64,000 nt of DNA. Source: Myxococcota bacterium. GTDB taxonomy: Bacteria > Myxococcota_A > UBA9160 > JAFDDA01. Where the stretch lies: positions 1,792,001 through 1,856,000 of the forward strand of contig OZ245817.1 in NCBI GenBank assembly GCA_965228475.1, given 5' to 3'. Shown piece after piece: positions 9,562-22,090 of the stretch. The notes below the pieces were generated by a model. It made no database searches and was not told the origin of the DNA. It saw only the letters and a list, made by a program, of their open reading frames with translations. Positions within the stretch are counted from its first letter, which is position 1; each line of letters starts with the position of its first letter. The translations under genes and the position numbers were made by a program.

Positions 9562-10226
9562 ATGGCTCTGGTTCCGATCGTCGTCGAGCAGGATCACCGC
9601 GGAGAGCGCGCGTACGACATCTATTCCCGGCTGCTGCGGGATCGCATCATCTTCCTCGGCCAGCCCGTCGACGACGACATCGCCAACCTCATCATCGCCC
9701 AGCTCCTCTTCCTCGAAGCCGAGGATCCGGAGAAGGACGTCGCCCTCTACATCAACTCGCCGGGCGGCTCGGTCACGGCCGGCCTCGCCATCTATGACAC
9801 GATGCAATACGTCCGCCCCGAGGTGTCGACCATCTGCATGGGGCAGGCCGCCTCGATGGGCGCCTTCCTGCTCGCAGGCGGTGCGCAAGGCAAGCGCTAC
9901 GGGCTGCCGAACTCGCGCATCCTGATTCATCAACCGATGGGCGGGTTCCAGGGGCAGGCGACAGAGATCGACATCCAGGCCCGCGAGATCCTGAAGCTTC
10001 GCGAGAACCTGAACGGGCTTCTTGCCCATCACACGGGCCAGACGATCGAAAAGATCGCTGCAGATACCGACCGCGATTATTATATGTCGGGTGAAGAGGC
10101 GAAGGAGTACGGCCTGATCGACCACGTCGTCGACCGACGCGAGGTCATGGCCAAGCCCAACGGCTCGAGTGCTTCTGGCAGCAGCGGCACGGGGAAGAAC
10201 GGAAAGAACGGAGGCGGGAGCGACGC

Positions 10227-10230
<4 letters not shown>
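9562..10230 (+). CDS. clpP: ATP-dependent Clp protease proteolytic subunit
   Basis: [37 protein letters not shown]; lies between tig and clpX. Confidence 0.99.
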
Positions 10231-11474
<1,244 letters not shown>

Positions 11475-11558
11475 AGCGGCCACGCTTGCACCTCTTGCGG
11501 CCACCCTCCGCCGGCGAGCTATCCTTGGACCAAGCGGACGAATTCCGCCGGGGAGCTG

Positions 11559-14057
<2,499 letters not shown>

Positions 14058-14151
14058 TCGGCCGCGGGCCCCTCAGGGCCTTCCCGCCAGCCCCCGGTAG
14101 ATTCTCTCTGCCGAATAGGCTGAAATGGCCTCGCGCCCAGGGAGAGCTGCC

Positions 14152-14787
14152 ATGCGGAAGATCTTGATCGCCCTCTCGATGGCCGCGAGCATCGCGGCCG
14201 GGTTCGAGGCCCGGGCCGTGACGCTCCTGGCCGACGACCGCTACGTCTTCTCTTCATCGGTCTACCGCCCGCCGACCGGTGGCGAGACGGTCTACTGGGA
14301 CGAGCGTCAGGATCCGGCGGCTCCCTATGCCGCCTTCGACGCCAACGTCCAGAGCGTCACCCAGACCTCTACCGTGACACCGACGAGCATGGTGGCCGTG
14401 GGGGAGGGTTGGCACTACGAAGACCCGCAAGACGACTTCACCAACCGCGACGTCTCCCAGTTCTCGATCACTTTCTCCGTCGCCGCCGGCACCGGCTACC
14501 ACGTCGTCTTCGAGTACGGCCAGAACGCCGGCATCGAACTCGAGAACCTCGACACCGGTCAGTTCGTCAGTTTCAGCGAGCAGGACGACGGCTACGGCAC
14601 CTACCTCGCGGATGCATCGGGCACCCTGGATGCTGCGACCTACCGCATCCGAGCCTGGGCCGAAGAGGGCGGCGTGCACCAGGACCCGGGCCACTATGAC
14701 CTCGCCCTGACGCTGATCCCCGAACCGGGCGCCGCGATCCTCCTCGTCGTAGCCGCCTTCGCCACACTCCCCCGCCGACGCCCCTAG
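14152..14787 (+). CDS. PEP-CTERM sorting domain-containing secreted protein
   Basis: GGAG RBS; signal peptide MRKILIALS...ARA; C-terminal [23 protein letters not shown]. Confidence 0.85.
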   Translation: MRKILIALSMAASIAAGFEARAVTLLADDRYVFSSSVYRPPTGGETVYWDERQDPAAPYAAFDANVQSVTQTSTVTPTSMVAVGEGWHYEDPQDDFTNRDVSQFSITFSVAAGTGYHVVFEYGQNAGIELENLDTGQFVSFSEQDDGYGTYLADASGTLDAATYRIRAWAEEGGVHQDPGHYDLALTLIPEPGAAILLVVAAFATLPRRRP

Positions 14788-14797
14788 TCCACCTCGG

Positions 14798-14903
14798 GCC
14801 CGCGGGCGCAGGCGAAAGACTGGCAAGGCGCGCAAGCGAAGGCGTACTCTGAGTACGTCGAGCGCAGCGCAACGCCGCCAGGCTTTCGCCTGCGCCCGCG
14901 GGC
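14798..14903. repeat. 106-bp palindromic (MITE/REP-like) element with 27-bp inverted arms
   Basis: Arms 14798-14824 and 14877-14903 are reverse complements at 26/27 positions; internal hairpin CGTACT-CTG-AGTACG. Confidence 0.85.
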
Positions 14904-14975
14904 GTGTAGCTCAGATGGGAGAGCGCCTGGTTTACACCCAGGAGGTCGGCGGTTCGATCCCGTCCGCGCCTACCA
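14900..14975 (+). tRNA. tRNA-Val (anticodon TAC)
   Basis: Acceptor GGGCGTG/CGCGCCT, anticodon arm CCTGG-TT TAC AC-CCAGG, TTCGATC, CCA; 76 nt. Confidence 0.96.
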
Positions 14976-15044
14976 GCGCAACGCATACGCAACTCCGCGT
15001 CGCCCCTCGTCAAGGCACTCCCGCGAAACGCCGATGTTCCCAGG

Positions 15045-15578
15045 ATGCGACTCGCACTCCTGGCCGCCTGCCTCCTCCTCGCCGCGCCCGCCGCGGCGGA
15101 GATCTACCGCTGGACCGACGAGAAGGGCCAGGAGCACTTCACCATGGAGCTCCATCGCGTGCCCGCGCAGTACCGCGGCCAGGCGAAGAAGAACCAGGTG
15201 CTCGAGAGGGCCAAGGCCGACCCGGACCCGGCCCCGATCAACACGATGACGACGAACGATGCGGCCAAGACCCGCCGCGCGCTCAGCCCCCGTTACTCGA
15301 GGGGGCGGTACTCCGCTCCGGCGGCCGCGAGTTCGAGCCGGTGCGCCTCCTGGCAGCGCAGCAAGGCCCAGAAGCTCGAGGACAAGATCCGGCGCTACGA
15401 GCAGAAGGTCGAGCTCTACGAGAACCAGGAGCGCAAGCTCGTGCGCCTCGAAGACCGGCTCCGGGCCGAGAACAACGTCGAGCGCTACGAGCTGCTGCTC
15501 GAGCAGGCCGAGGACGAGTACGAGCGCTTCCGCTCGGACATGCGCCAGCGCGGCGTCGAGCCCGGCTGCCTGCGCTGA
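15045..15578 (+). CDS. DUF4124 domain-containing secreted protein with a coiled coil
   Basis: Signal peptide followed by AEIYRWTDEKGQEHFT; helical C-terminus with two Cys. Confidence 0.8.
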   Translation: MRLALLAACLLLAAPAAAEIYRWTDEKGQEHFTMELHRVPAQYRGQAKKNQVLERAKADPDPAPINTMTTNDAAKTRRALSPRYSRGRYSAPAAASSSRCASWQRSKAQKLEDKIRRYEQKVELYENQERKLVRLEDRLRAENNVERYELLLEQAEDEYERFRSDMRQRGVEPGCLR

Positions 15579-15692
15579 CGCCAGCGCGCCGCCCGGCCGC
15601 CCGGGCCCCCAGACGCCACCGCTTTGCTTTCCCACCCTCGGGAGCCCGTGGGGTAGACTCCCGCGCGGACCGAAGCGCCCGAGGAGGAGCCC

Positions 15693-16352
15693 ATGGCCGA
15701 GTTTCCCGCGTCCCCGATCCCGCCCAAGGAATTCATGGAGGACTGGCTGCCCGGTGCCTTCGCCGACGCCGATCTCCCGCCCGGCAGCGAAAACGTCGAC
15801 GTGAAGCTCGGCGTGCAGCTCGACGGCTCCGACGGCGGCGAGTGGGTCGTCCACCTCGACAAGGGGAGCATGTCCGTCGCGTCCGGCTCGCGCGAGGAGG
15901 CGGCCTTCACCGTCGTGCAGACCGTCGAAGATTGGCGCGGCGCGCTCTGGGAAGGGCGGGGCGGCGCCTTCGGCCAGGGGGCGGTCGCGATGTTCAAGCC
16001 CGGCGCGGCCCAGGCGGCGGCGAGCGCCGGCGGCATGGGGGCGGCGACGCCGAGCCCCGCGGCTCTCGAGCAGATGAAGGCCCTCGACGGCGTGATCCGC
16101 ATGGTCGTGGCCGGCGGCGAGGGCGGCGACTGGAGCGTCGCCTTCAAGCTCGGCCCCGGCGCGATCCCGGAAGAGGCCACCACCACCGTGACCATCACCG
16201 CGGAGGACGCGGACGCGATGTCGACCGGCGAGCTCGACCCGATGCAGGCCTTCATGGCCGGGCGCATCCAGGTGGCGGGCGACATGGCGCTGATGATGCA
16301 GATGCAGGCCATCCAGATGCAGGCGGCGGCCGCCGCCGGAACGGGGAGCTAG
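15693..16352 (+). CDS. SCP2 sterol/lipid-binding domain protein (two SCP2-like lobes)
   Basis: GGEWVVHLDKG...AAFTV and ATTTVTITAEDA...GELDPMQAFMAGRIQVAGD; GAGGAG RBS. Confidence 0.85.
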   Translation: MAEFPASPIPPKEFMEDWLPGAFADADLPPGSENVDVKLGVQLDGSDGGEWVVHLDKGSMSVASGSREEAAFTVVQTVEDWRGALWEGRGGAFGQGAVAMFKPGAAQAAASAGGMGAATPSPAALEQMKALDGVIRMVVAGGEGGDWSVAFKLGPGAIPEEATTTVTITAEDADAMSTGELDPMQAFMAGRIQVAGDMALMMQMQAIQMQAAAAAGTGS

Positions 16353-16354
16353 CC

Positions 16355-16789
16355 ATGGGCGAAGTGATCGTGCGCCGCCGCGTCGGCGCCTCGGCGGACA
16401 CCGTCTGGGATCTCATGTCGAACTTCGGCGGCCTCGTCGAGTGGAACGAGGGCATCGAGAGCTGCACGCTCGAGGGCGAAGGCGTTGGCGCCGTTCGCAC
16501 CCTCGGCATGCCGGGCGGGCTCACCATCCAGGAGCGGCTCGAGACCCACGAGGCCGGAGACAAGCACTACGCCTACGCCATCGTCGGCGGAACGCCGCTG
16601 CCCTTCACGGACTACCTCGCCCACGTCCGCATCGAGGAGGCGGGCGACGACGCCTGCCTCGTCGACTGGCGCAGCAGCTTCGAGGCCGAGGACGCGGCCG
16701 TCGCCACCAAGATCATCACCGGCATCTACGCCAGTGGTCTGGCGGCGGTGGGCAAGCACCTCGGCGTGGGCGTCGAGCACGTCGACTAG
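16355..16789 (+). CDS. SRPBCC/START (polyketide cyclase-like) family protein
   Basis: ASADTVWDLMSNFG...W...GVGAVRTL...IQERLE...YAYAI; ATG 2 nt after the SCP2 stop. Confidence 0.88.
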   Translation: MGEVIVRRRVGASADTVWDLMSNFGGLVEWNEGIESCTLEGEGVGAVRTLGMPGGLTIQERLETHEAGDKHYAYAIVGGTPLPFTDYLAHVRIEEAGDDACLVDWRSSFEAEDAAVATKIITGIYASGLAAVGKHLGVGVEHVD

Positions 16790-16810
16790 GGCACGGCGGC
16801 CAACGGCGGA

Positions 16811-17251
16811 CTAGCGGCGGCGCCCCTCGCGCAGCGGGATCGGCAGGCTCGGGGTGAGTTCGACCGCCACCCAGGGCCCGCGGAAGAGCAGGGTGCGCCG
16901 CAGGGCGAGCATCCGGTCGCGGAAGCCGTACTTCTCGCGGAACTGGCGGTTCCAGGCCGCGATGAGCTTCGGGTCCTCGTGGATCGTGCCCCGGAAGTGC
17001 TCCCGGGCGCCGGGGACGATGAAGTCGCAGCGGGGCTCGCGCCGCAGCCGCTCGACCCAGGCCGCCCCCGCCTCGCCGCGGACGACCACCCGGCCGGCCT
17101 CGCCCTCGACGTACCAGAGCTGGGTGGGCTGGCGGACGTCGTTTTCGTCGAGGGTGCGGAGCTGGCCGACCCCGCCGAGGCTCGGCGCCACGCCCAGCAC
17201 GACGACGAGCCCCAAGAGGAGCCAGCCGGCGATCCTGCCCACCCGCGCCAT
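16811..17251 (-). CDS. Membrane-anchored split-barrel protein (DUF2255/deazaflavin oxidoreductase-like)
   Basis: N-terminal TM helix; LRT...TQLWYV...W..RL..EP...FREKYG pattern. Family call is tentative. Confidence 0.6.
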   Translation of the reverse strand: MARVGRIAGWLLLGLVVVLGVAPSLGGVGQLRTLDENDVRQPTQLWYVEGEAGRVVVRGEAGAAWVERLRREPRCDFIVPGAREHFRGTIHEDPKLIAAWNRQFREKYGFRDRMLALRRTLLFRGPWVAVELTPSLPIPLREGRRR

Positions 17252-17332
17252 CCCCGGAATCTAACGAGGCGCCAGGAAGCCCGCCCCAACCGCTAGCCAG
17301 CCGCGCCCCGCTGGGCTAAAAAGCACGGCTCC

Positions 17333-17409
17333 GGGACGGTAGTTCAATCGGTTAGAGCACTGGCCTGTCACGCCAGAAGTTGCGGGTTCGAGTCCCGTCC
17401 GTCCCGCCA
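17333..17409 (+). tRNA. tRNA-Asp (anticodon GTC)
   Basis: Acceptor GGGACGG/CCGTCCC, anticodon arm CTGGC-CT GTC AC-GCCAG, TTCGAGT, CCA; 77 nt. Confidence 0.97.
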
Positions 17410-17625
17410 TTTCCCTTCAAAACCAATTGCTTGTGGAGTCAACCCGTCATTGGGGGTGGCTCTGGGAGTGAATTGACACGTTAGTGTGTAGTTTGGAGCT
17501 TGCGGTCGAGCCGTGGCGCTAGCGTTCGCGGCTGACGACTAGCCGCCTGGGAAAGCCCCGGCGATGGATGCGGTGTGGTTCGGCGGACGGCACCGGCTGG
17601 CTTTTAGCAGGCGGCCCTGGCCCAG

Positions 17626-18141
17626 TCAGTCGATCGGTTGGCTACGCCTCATCTCGAACATGAGGTTGCCAACTTTTTCCGCCGTTCCATTGATTCGCGC
17701 TGCCAGATCCCGCAGGTCCTCGGCCGCTACCGGCTCTGAGGATTCGGAGGGCTCGCGCCTCATGATCTCTGGATCGCTCAGCGACTGCCACCAAGCGATG
17801 TGGACTGCTCGGCCCCGCTCTCCGGCTAGGTTCGATACCTCACCCTTGAGACGCCGGAGGTCACCGAGAAGCTCCCCCGGGACCTCGCCAGACTTGATGA
17901 CGATGTCGAAGAGAGCCTCGAGGCTGCGGATCGTCTTCAGTAGCTGGATTCCGATTCCGTGACTCGGTTGGGCCACCTGTAGGAAAAGTGAGTGCACTCT
18001 GTTCTCGAGATGCGACCACTCAAAGGCTACCGATCCGATCGCCTCTCGTTGCTCTCCGGAGAGCTCCGACACATGCCAACCGCCTGAGGCACGAAGCTTC
18101 TCTTTCCACCGGTCGCGACTTCCTATCGGGAACTGGGCCAT
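17626..18141 (-). CDS. Hypothetical helical protein, possibly HEPN-like (islet cargo)
   Basis: 171-aa ORF; AIGSVAFEWSHLE helix and R-x4-H (RGRAVH) followed by WW; TACCCT 6 nt before the ATG. Confidence 0.55.
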   Translation of the reverse strand: MAQFPIGSRDRWKEKLRASGGWHVSELSGEQREAIGSVAFEWSHLENRVHSLFLQVAQPSHGIGIQLLKTIRSLEALFDIVIKSGEVPGELLGDLRRLKGEVSNLAGERGRAVHIAWWQSLSDPEIMRREPSESSEPVAAEDLRDLAARINGTAEKVGNLMFEMRRSQPID

Positions 18142-18370
18142 GCGGAGAGGGTAGGGTCAATCGCAGGTCGTCGCAGGCGTCGCCCATCTGCCTTGGGTCC
18201 GACGCCCAAGCTGGGTCTGCGTGTGCTCCCGCTCCGCCTCTTCGGGATTAAGCGTCCGGCGTGGCTATTGTAGTAAGATGCCCAGCCTGCAAGCTCGAAG
18301 CGGCGACTCGGTCCTCTTCCAGCGGTGTCGCTCCCAACTGCTCCTCGGGTTGTCGTAAAAGGAATGCTCA

Positions 18371-19249
18371 GTGCGACTTCTCGCCCTGCTCTTGTTCTTA
18401 GTAGCTCCATGTCAGGCGCACGCAGGCGAACAGCTTTTCGTTCCCGTCGGCCATGTTCTCGACGATGAAGAGCCGGGAATCGAGCTGGACATATACAAGT
18501 ATCGAGGGATGCGAACGAAGTTCCCATTCTTGGTGACGATCAGCCGGCACGGCCATCCCGTTGCTCTGGGCGGTGTGGTAGGAAGCCGAAGCGTTGTCGT
18601 TACGAACGCTCACGTCTTCTACGGCAAGGACGGAAAGCTTCTCGCCCCGATCGAGGAATACAATATCGTCTGGGGGCCGCCCTTAGGGGCTGAAGCGGAA
18701 GTTCACAGCATCCCCAGCATTCGTTCGATTACCTTCGGATCCACCACGACGAAGCAGAGCGCTGAGAGACTCGATTTTGCTGTTGTCAAGCTGGAGAAGC
18801 CGATCGCGCGAGCCGTACCGTTGGAGCTCCCGCTCGATATCGACGACATGCTCTCAAGAGACCGTCGATTCGAGATGGTCACAATGCGAAGGGGGGTCAG
18901 TGAGGGGGGGTACATTTCGACGAGCCAGCTTGCGATAGCGGGGCGGCTACTTGATGAGGAGGACCTGCCCGATCTGCGCAGTTTGCCGAACCTAGCTGCG
19001 TACGAAAAAACCACCTACCCAACTTCCTCGGGGAGCCCTGGGGTTCTCCTGCGCAACGGCGTCGTATTCCTGGGCTTCATTCACAAGGGCAGTGGCCAAT
19101 CGATAGGGAGACTCGAGGGCATTCGGAAGAGCCACGGTCACGATGTCAATGCAGAGGGTTGGGTTCAGGACCCTAAAGCCGTGACATACAACATTGGTGT
19201 GTTGGCAAGAGGAGCGTTCCTAGAGGCGATCAAGGCCGCGACGAGATAG
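18371..19249 (+). CDS. Secreted trypsin-like serine protease (islet cargo)
   Basis: Signal peptide ending AHA; triad motifs VVTNAHV (His), LDFAVVKL (Asp), TSSGSP (Ser); AAGGA RBS before the GTG. Confidence 0.8.
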   Translation: MRLLALLLFLVAPCQAHAGEQLFVPVGHVLDDEEPGIELDIYKYRGMRTKFPFLVTISRHGHPVALGGVVGSRSVVVTNAHVFYGKDGKLLAPIEEYNIVWGPPLGAEAEVHSIPSIRSITFGSTTTKQSAERLDFAVVKLEKPIARAVPLELPLDIDDMLSRDRRFEMVTMRRGVSEGGYISTSQLAIAGRLLDEEDLPDLRSLPNLAAYEKTTYPTSSGSPGVLLRNGVVFLGFIHKGSGQSIGRLEGIRKSHGHDVNAEGWVQDPKAVTYNIGVLARGAFLEAIKAATR

Positions 19250-19353
19250 TCCCAGCGAGGGCACCTGTGGGGGTGGCCTTGGGGGCTGCTCTCAGGCTTG
19301 GGGGTGGTTCGCTAAGTCCTTGAAGTCATTACGGAACGTCTTTGGGTCGATCA

Positions 19354-19378
19354 GGTTCGAGTCCCGTCCGTCCCGCCA
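19354..19378 (+). repeat. att direct repeat: duplicated 3' end of tRNA-Asp
   Basis: GGTTCGAGTCCCGTCCGTCCCGCCA, identical to 17385-17409. Confidence 0.95.
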
Positions 19379-19408
19379 CCCCGCCTCTTCGTCCAACCCG
19401 ACCTCGGC

Positions 19409-20218
19409 TCAAGACCCCGTGAAGCTCGGCTCGCGGCGCTCGAAGAGCGACGCCACGCCCTCGCGCAGGTCCTTCGAGGGCGCGACCACCTCTCGCATGT
19501 ACGGCATCAGGTGCTCGGCGGCTGCCATCGGGCCGTCGTGGAGGGCGAGCTGGGCGTTGATCAGGGTGCCTTGCACGCCGAGGGGTGCGGCCTTGGCGAT
19601 CGCCCGGGCGAGCTCCATCGCGCGTTCGAGGGCCCGGCCCTTGGGGACGATCTCCTGGACGAAGCCGATGCGGCGGGCTTCTTCGGCGCCGAAGCGTTCG
19701 CCGGTGAGGAGCCAGCGCATGGTGTTGCCCCAGCCGGCGCGGTCGAGGAAGCGGGCCATGGCGCCGCCGAGGGGCAGCAGGCCGCGCAGGATCTCGGACT
19801 GGGCGAAGGTGCAGTCTTCCTCGGCGACGATGATGTCGGTGGCGAGGGCGAGTTCGATGCCGCCGGTGAAGCACGCGCCGTGGATGGCGGTGACGATGGG
19901 CTTCGTGCGCGGGCGCCCGACCTTGCCAGCGACCGAGAGCCACTGGAACGGGTCGACCTGATCCTCCGCGGTCAGCGTCGGCGGCTCGTCTTGGTTCATG
20001 AGCGCCGGGCCCATGTCCGCGAGGTCGAGCCCCGAAGAGAACAGGTCCGCGCGGGAGTAGAGGACGCCGCAGCGGAGCGCCGGGTCGTCACAGAGTTCGG
20101 TGTAGGTCGCCGAGAGCTCCCGGAACATCGCCTGGGAGAGCGCGTTCTTCTTCTCGGCGCGGTCGAGGCCCATGCGAAGGACCGGGCCCTCGCGATCGAT
20201 GGTCAGCAGATCCGTCAT
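19409..20218 (-). CDS. Crotonase/enoyl-CoA hydratase family protein
   Basis: DRAEKKNAL, FSSGLDL, GACFTGGIELALATDI; GGAGG RBS before the ATG at 20218. Confidence 0.93.
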   Translation of the reverse strand: MTDLLTIDREGPVLRMGLDRAEKKNALSQAMFRELSATYTELCDDPALRCGVLYSRADLFSSGLDLADMGPALMNQDEPPTLTAEDQVDPFQWLSVAGKVGRPRTKPIVTAIHGACFTGGIELALATDIIVAEEDCTFAQSEILRGLLPLGGAMARFLDRAGWGNTMRWLLTGERFGAEEARRIGFVQEIVPKGRALERAMELARAIAKAAPLGVQGTLINAQLALHDGPMAAAEHLMPYMREVVAPSKDLREGVASLFERREPSFTGS

Positions 20219-20315
20219 GTCGTTTCCTCCGACCCGAGGGTGGCCGAAGCGGTGCGAGGGGCCGAGGGTGCGGAGCGCCAGAATCCGGGCCGGATCCGCC
20301 ATCGGCCGCGGCGGC

Positions 20316-21329
20316 CTAGCGCTCCCCGTAGCCGAAGCGGCGGCGGTACTCGCCGGGGGAGACCCCGGTGTAGCGCTGGAAGAGTCGGCGGAAGGAGCGG
20401 GGGTCTTCGTAGCCGCACTGGGCGGTGATGGCTTCGATCGAGAGGTTCGTGCCTTCGAGGTCCTTCATGGCGGCTTCGATGCGCAGACGCTGGCGGTACT
20501 CGCGGGGGGATTCCCCGGTGGCGGCGCGGAAGCGGCGCAGGAAGGTGCGCTCGCCGAGGCCGGAGATCTTTGCGAGGGAAGCGGTCTCCGAGGGCTCCGC
20601 CAGGTGGCGCGCGATCCACTCCTCGGCTTTGCGAACTTCCTGGTCGGCGTGGGGCGTCGCGGGGCGCGGCAGCAGGAAGGGCTGTTGCGAACGCGGGTTC
20701 GGGTCCGTCGAGAGGAAGCGTGCGGTCTCGAGGACGACGCGCGGACCGAGGGCGCGGCCGATCACCGCGAGCGCGAGGTCCAGGTAGGAGGTCGTCGCGC
20801 CGGCGGTGATCACGGCCCCCTCGTCGACGACGCGGAGCGAGGTGCGCAGGAGCACCTCCGGGTAGCGCTGATGGAAGACCTCGCGGAAGGCCGGGGTCGT
20901 GGTGGCGCGCCGGCCGTCGAGGCTACCGGTCTCCGCGAGCAGGAACGTCCCCGTGCAGGTCGCCGCGAGGATGCCGGGGGAGGCCGCCGCGCCCCGTAGC
21001 CGATCCACTAGCTCCGCGTTGTCTTCCGGCAGGCCCTCCGGGTTGCCGACGACGGGAGGCAGGATGACGACGTCCGCTTCGGATATCGCGTCGAGCCCCG
21101 GCTCGGAGGGGATCGCCGCGCCGCCGAAACCGGCCACCGGCTCCGGCGTCGCGCGGAAGACGCGTACGTCGAGGCGCGGCCCGGCGCCGGCGCGGAAGGC
21201 GTTCGCGAGCGTGAAGGCCTCGAGGGTGCCGGCGATCGCCGAAGCGAGGCAGCCGGGGATCGCGACGAGCGCGATCTCCCACGCCGGCTTCCGGTCCGCT
21301 TCGCGCTGCGCTTGGTCGGTTCGGTTCAT
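20316..21329 (-). CDS. GlxA-type AraC regulator (DJ-1/PfpI domain + HTH)
   Basis: AATCTGTFLLAETGSLDGRRATT; ERTFLRRF...CGYEDPRSFRRLF...GVSPGEYR. Confidence 0.93.
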   Translation of the reverse strand: MNRTDQAQREADRKPAWEIALVAIPGCLASAIAGTLEAFTLANAFRAGAGPRLDVRVFRATPEPVAGFGGAAIPSEPGLDAISEADVVILPPVVGNPEGLPEDNAELVDRLRGAAASPGILAATCTGTFLLAETGSLDGRRATTTPAFREVFHQRYPEVLLRTSLRVVDEGAVITAGATTSYLDLALAVIGRALGPRVVLETARFLSTDPNPRSQQPFLLPRPATPHADQEVRKAEEWIARHLAEPSETASLAKISGLGERTFLRRFRAATGESPREYRQRLRIEAAMKDLEGTNLSIEAITAQCGYEDPRSFRRLFQRYTGVSPGEYRRRFGYGER

Positions 21330-21362
21330 GGAGAGCGGGGCGCCTCCGCCGGCGCCGTACGG

Positions 21363-22034
21363 CTACTTCGCGCCTGCGGCCTTCGGCGGCGGCTTCGGCT
21401 TGGGCGGGTCGAGCCGGTCGGCGGCGTCGCGGAGCTTCTTGGCCGACTCCTCCATCGTGTCGACCCCGAAGACCTTGTCTTCGCTTCGCCCGTTCTTCTT
21501 GATGTCCTCGACGCGCTCCTCGTAGTCCTCGGCCCAGCCCCGCATCCGGCGCGCGCGCTCCTTGTCGTCGTCGCCGGCGCCCTTCAGGCTCTCGGACACG
21601 CGCTTGCGGTGGCCCCACATGTCGAGGCGCTTGTCCGCGCGGACGAGCTTGCCCGTCTTCTTGTCGAACTTCCGCGGCGTCGGCATGCGGTTGATGATGT
21701 CGCGCCATTCGTAGAGCGGGTCGAGCTCGATCAGGGTCGTCTTGAGCTCGATTCCCTTCGGCGCCTTCGTACCCGGGAGCGTCTTCAGCTCCTTCGTCTT
21801 GGTCGTCTTCTTGCCCGACTTGCCGCTGGTGCCGGACTTGCTGCCCTTGTGGGCCTCGGGAAGCTGCAGCGCAGGGATTGGCGGGGGAGCGACGCGCGTC
21901 TTGTCGGGCGGAAGCGAGGGGACCTTCGTGGGCGGTTCCGTCGGCGGAGGGCCGGAGCCCTTGGGCGTCGCCAGGGCCGCCGAAGGCACGGAGAGGCCGG
22001 CGAGGAGGCCGAGGGCGAACGCGGTGCGACGCAT
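21363..22034 (-). CDS. Hypothetical secreted Pro/Lys-rich protein
   Basis: Signal peptide MRRTAFALGLLAG...ALA; codon usage typical of the genome; fills the gap between two minus-strand genes. Confidence 0.7.
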   Translation of the reverse strand: MRRTAFALGLLAGLSVPSAALATPKGSGPPPTEPPTKVPSLPPDKTRVAPPPIPALQLPEAHKGSKSGTSGKSGKKTTKTKELKTLPGTKAPKGIELKTTLIELDPLYEWRDIINRMPTPRKFDKKTGKLVRADKRLDMWGHRKRVSESLKGAGDDDKERARRMRGWAEDYEERVEDIKKNGRSEDKVFGVDTMEESAKKLRDAADRLDPPKPKPPPKAAGAK

Positions 22035-22090
22035 GTCTGCGAGCATACACCCCGAGAGCCGGGGCGTCGCAGCGTTCGGGAAGAGGTGGG

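Larger units (their letters stand above)
17385..19378. mobile_element. Integrase-less genomic islet integrated in tRNA-Asp
   Basis: 25-bp direct repeat at both ends; interior is visibly more AT-rich with atypical codon usage; two cargo ORFs; no recombinase seen. Confidence 0.88.
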
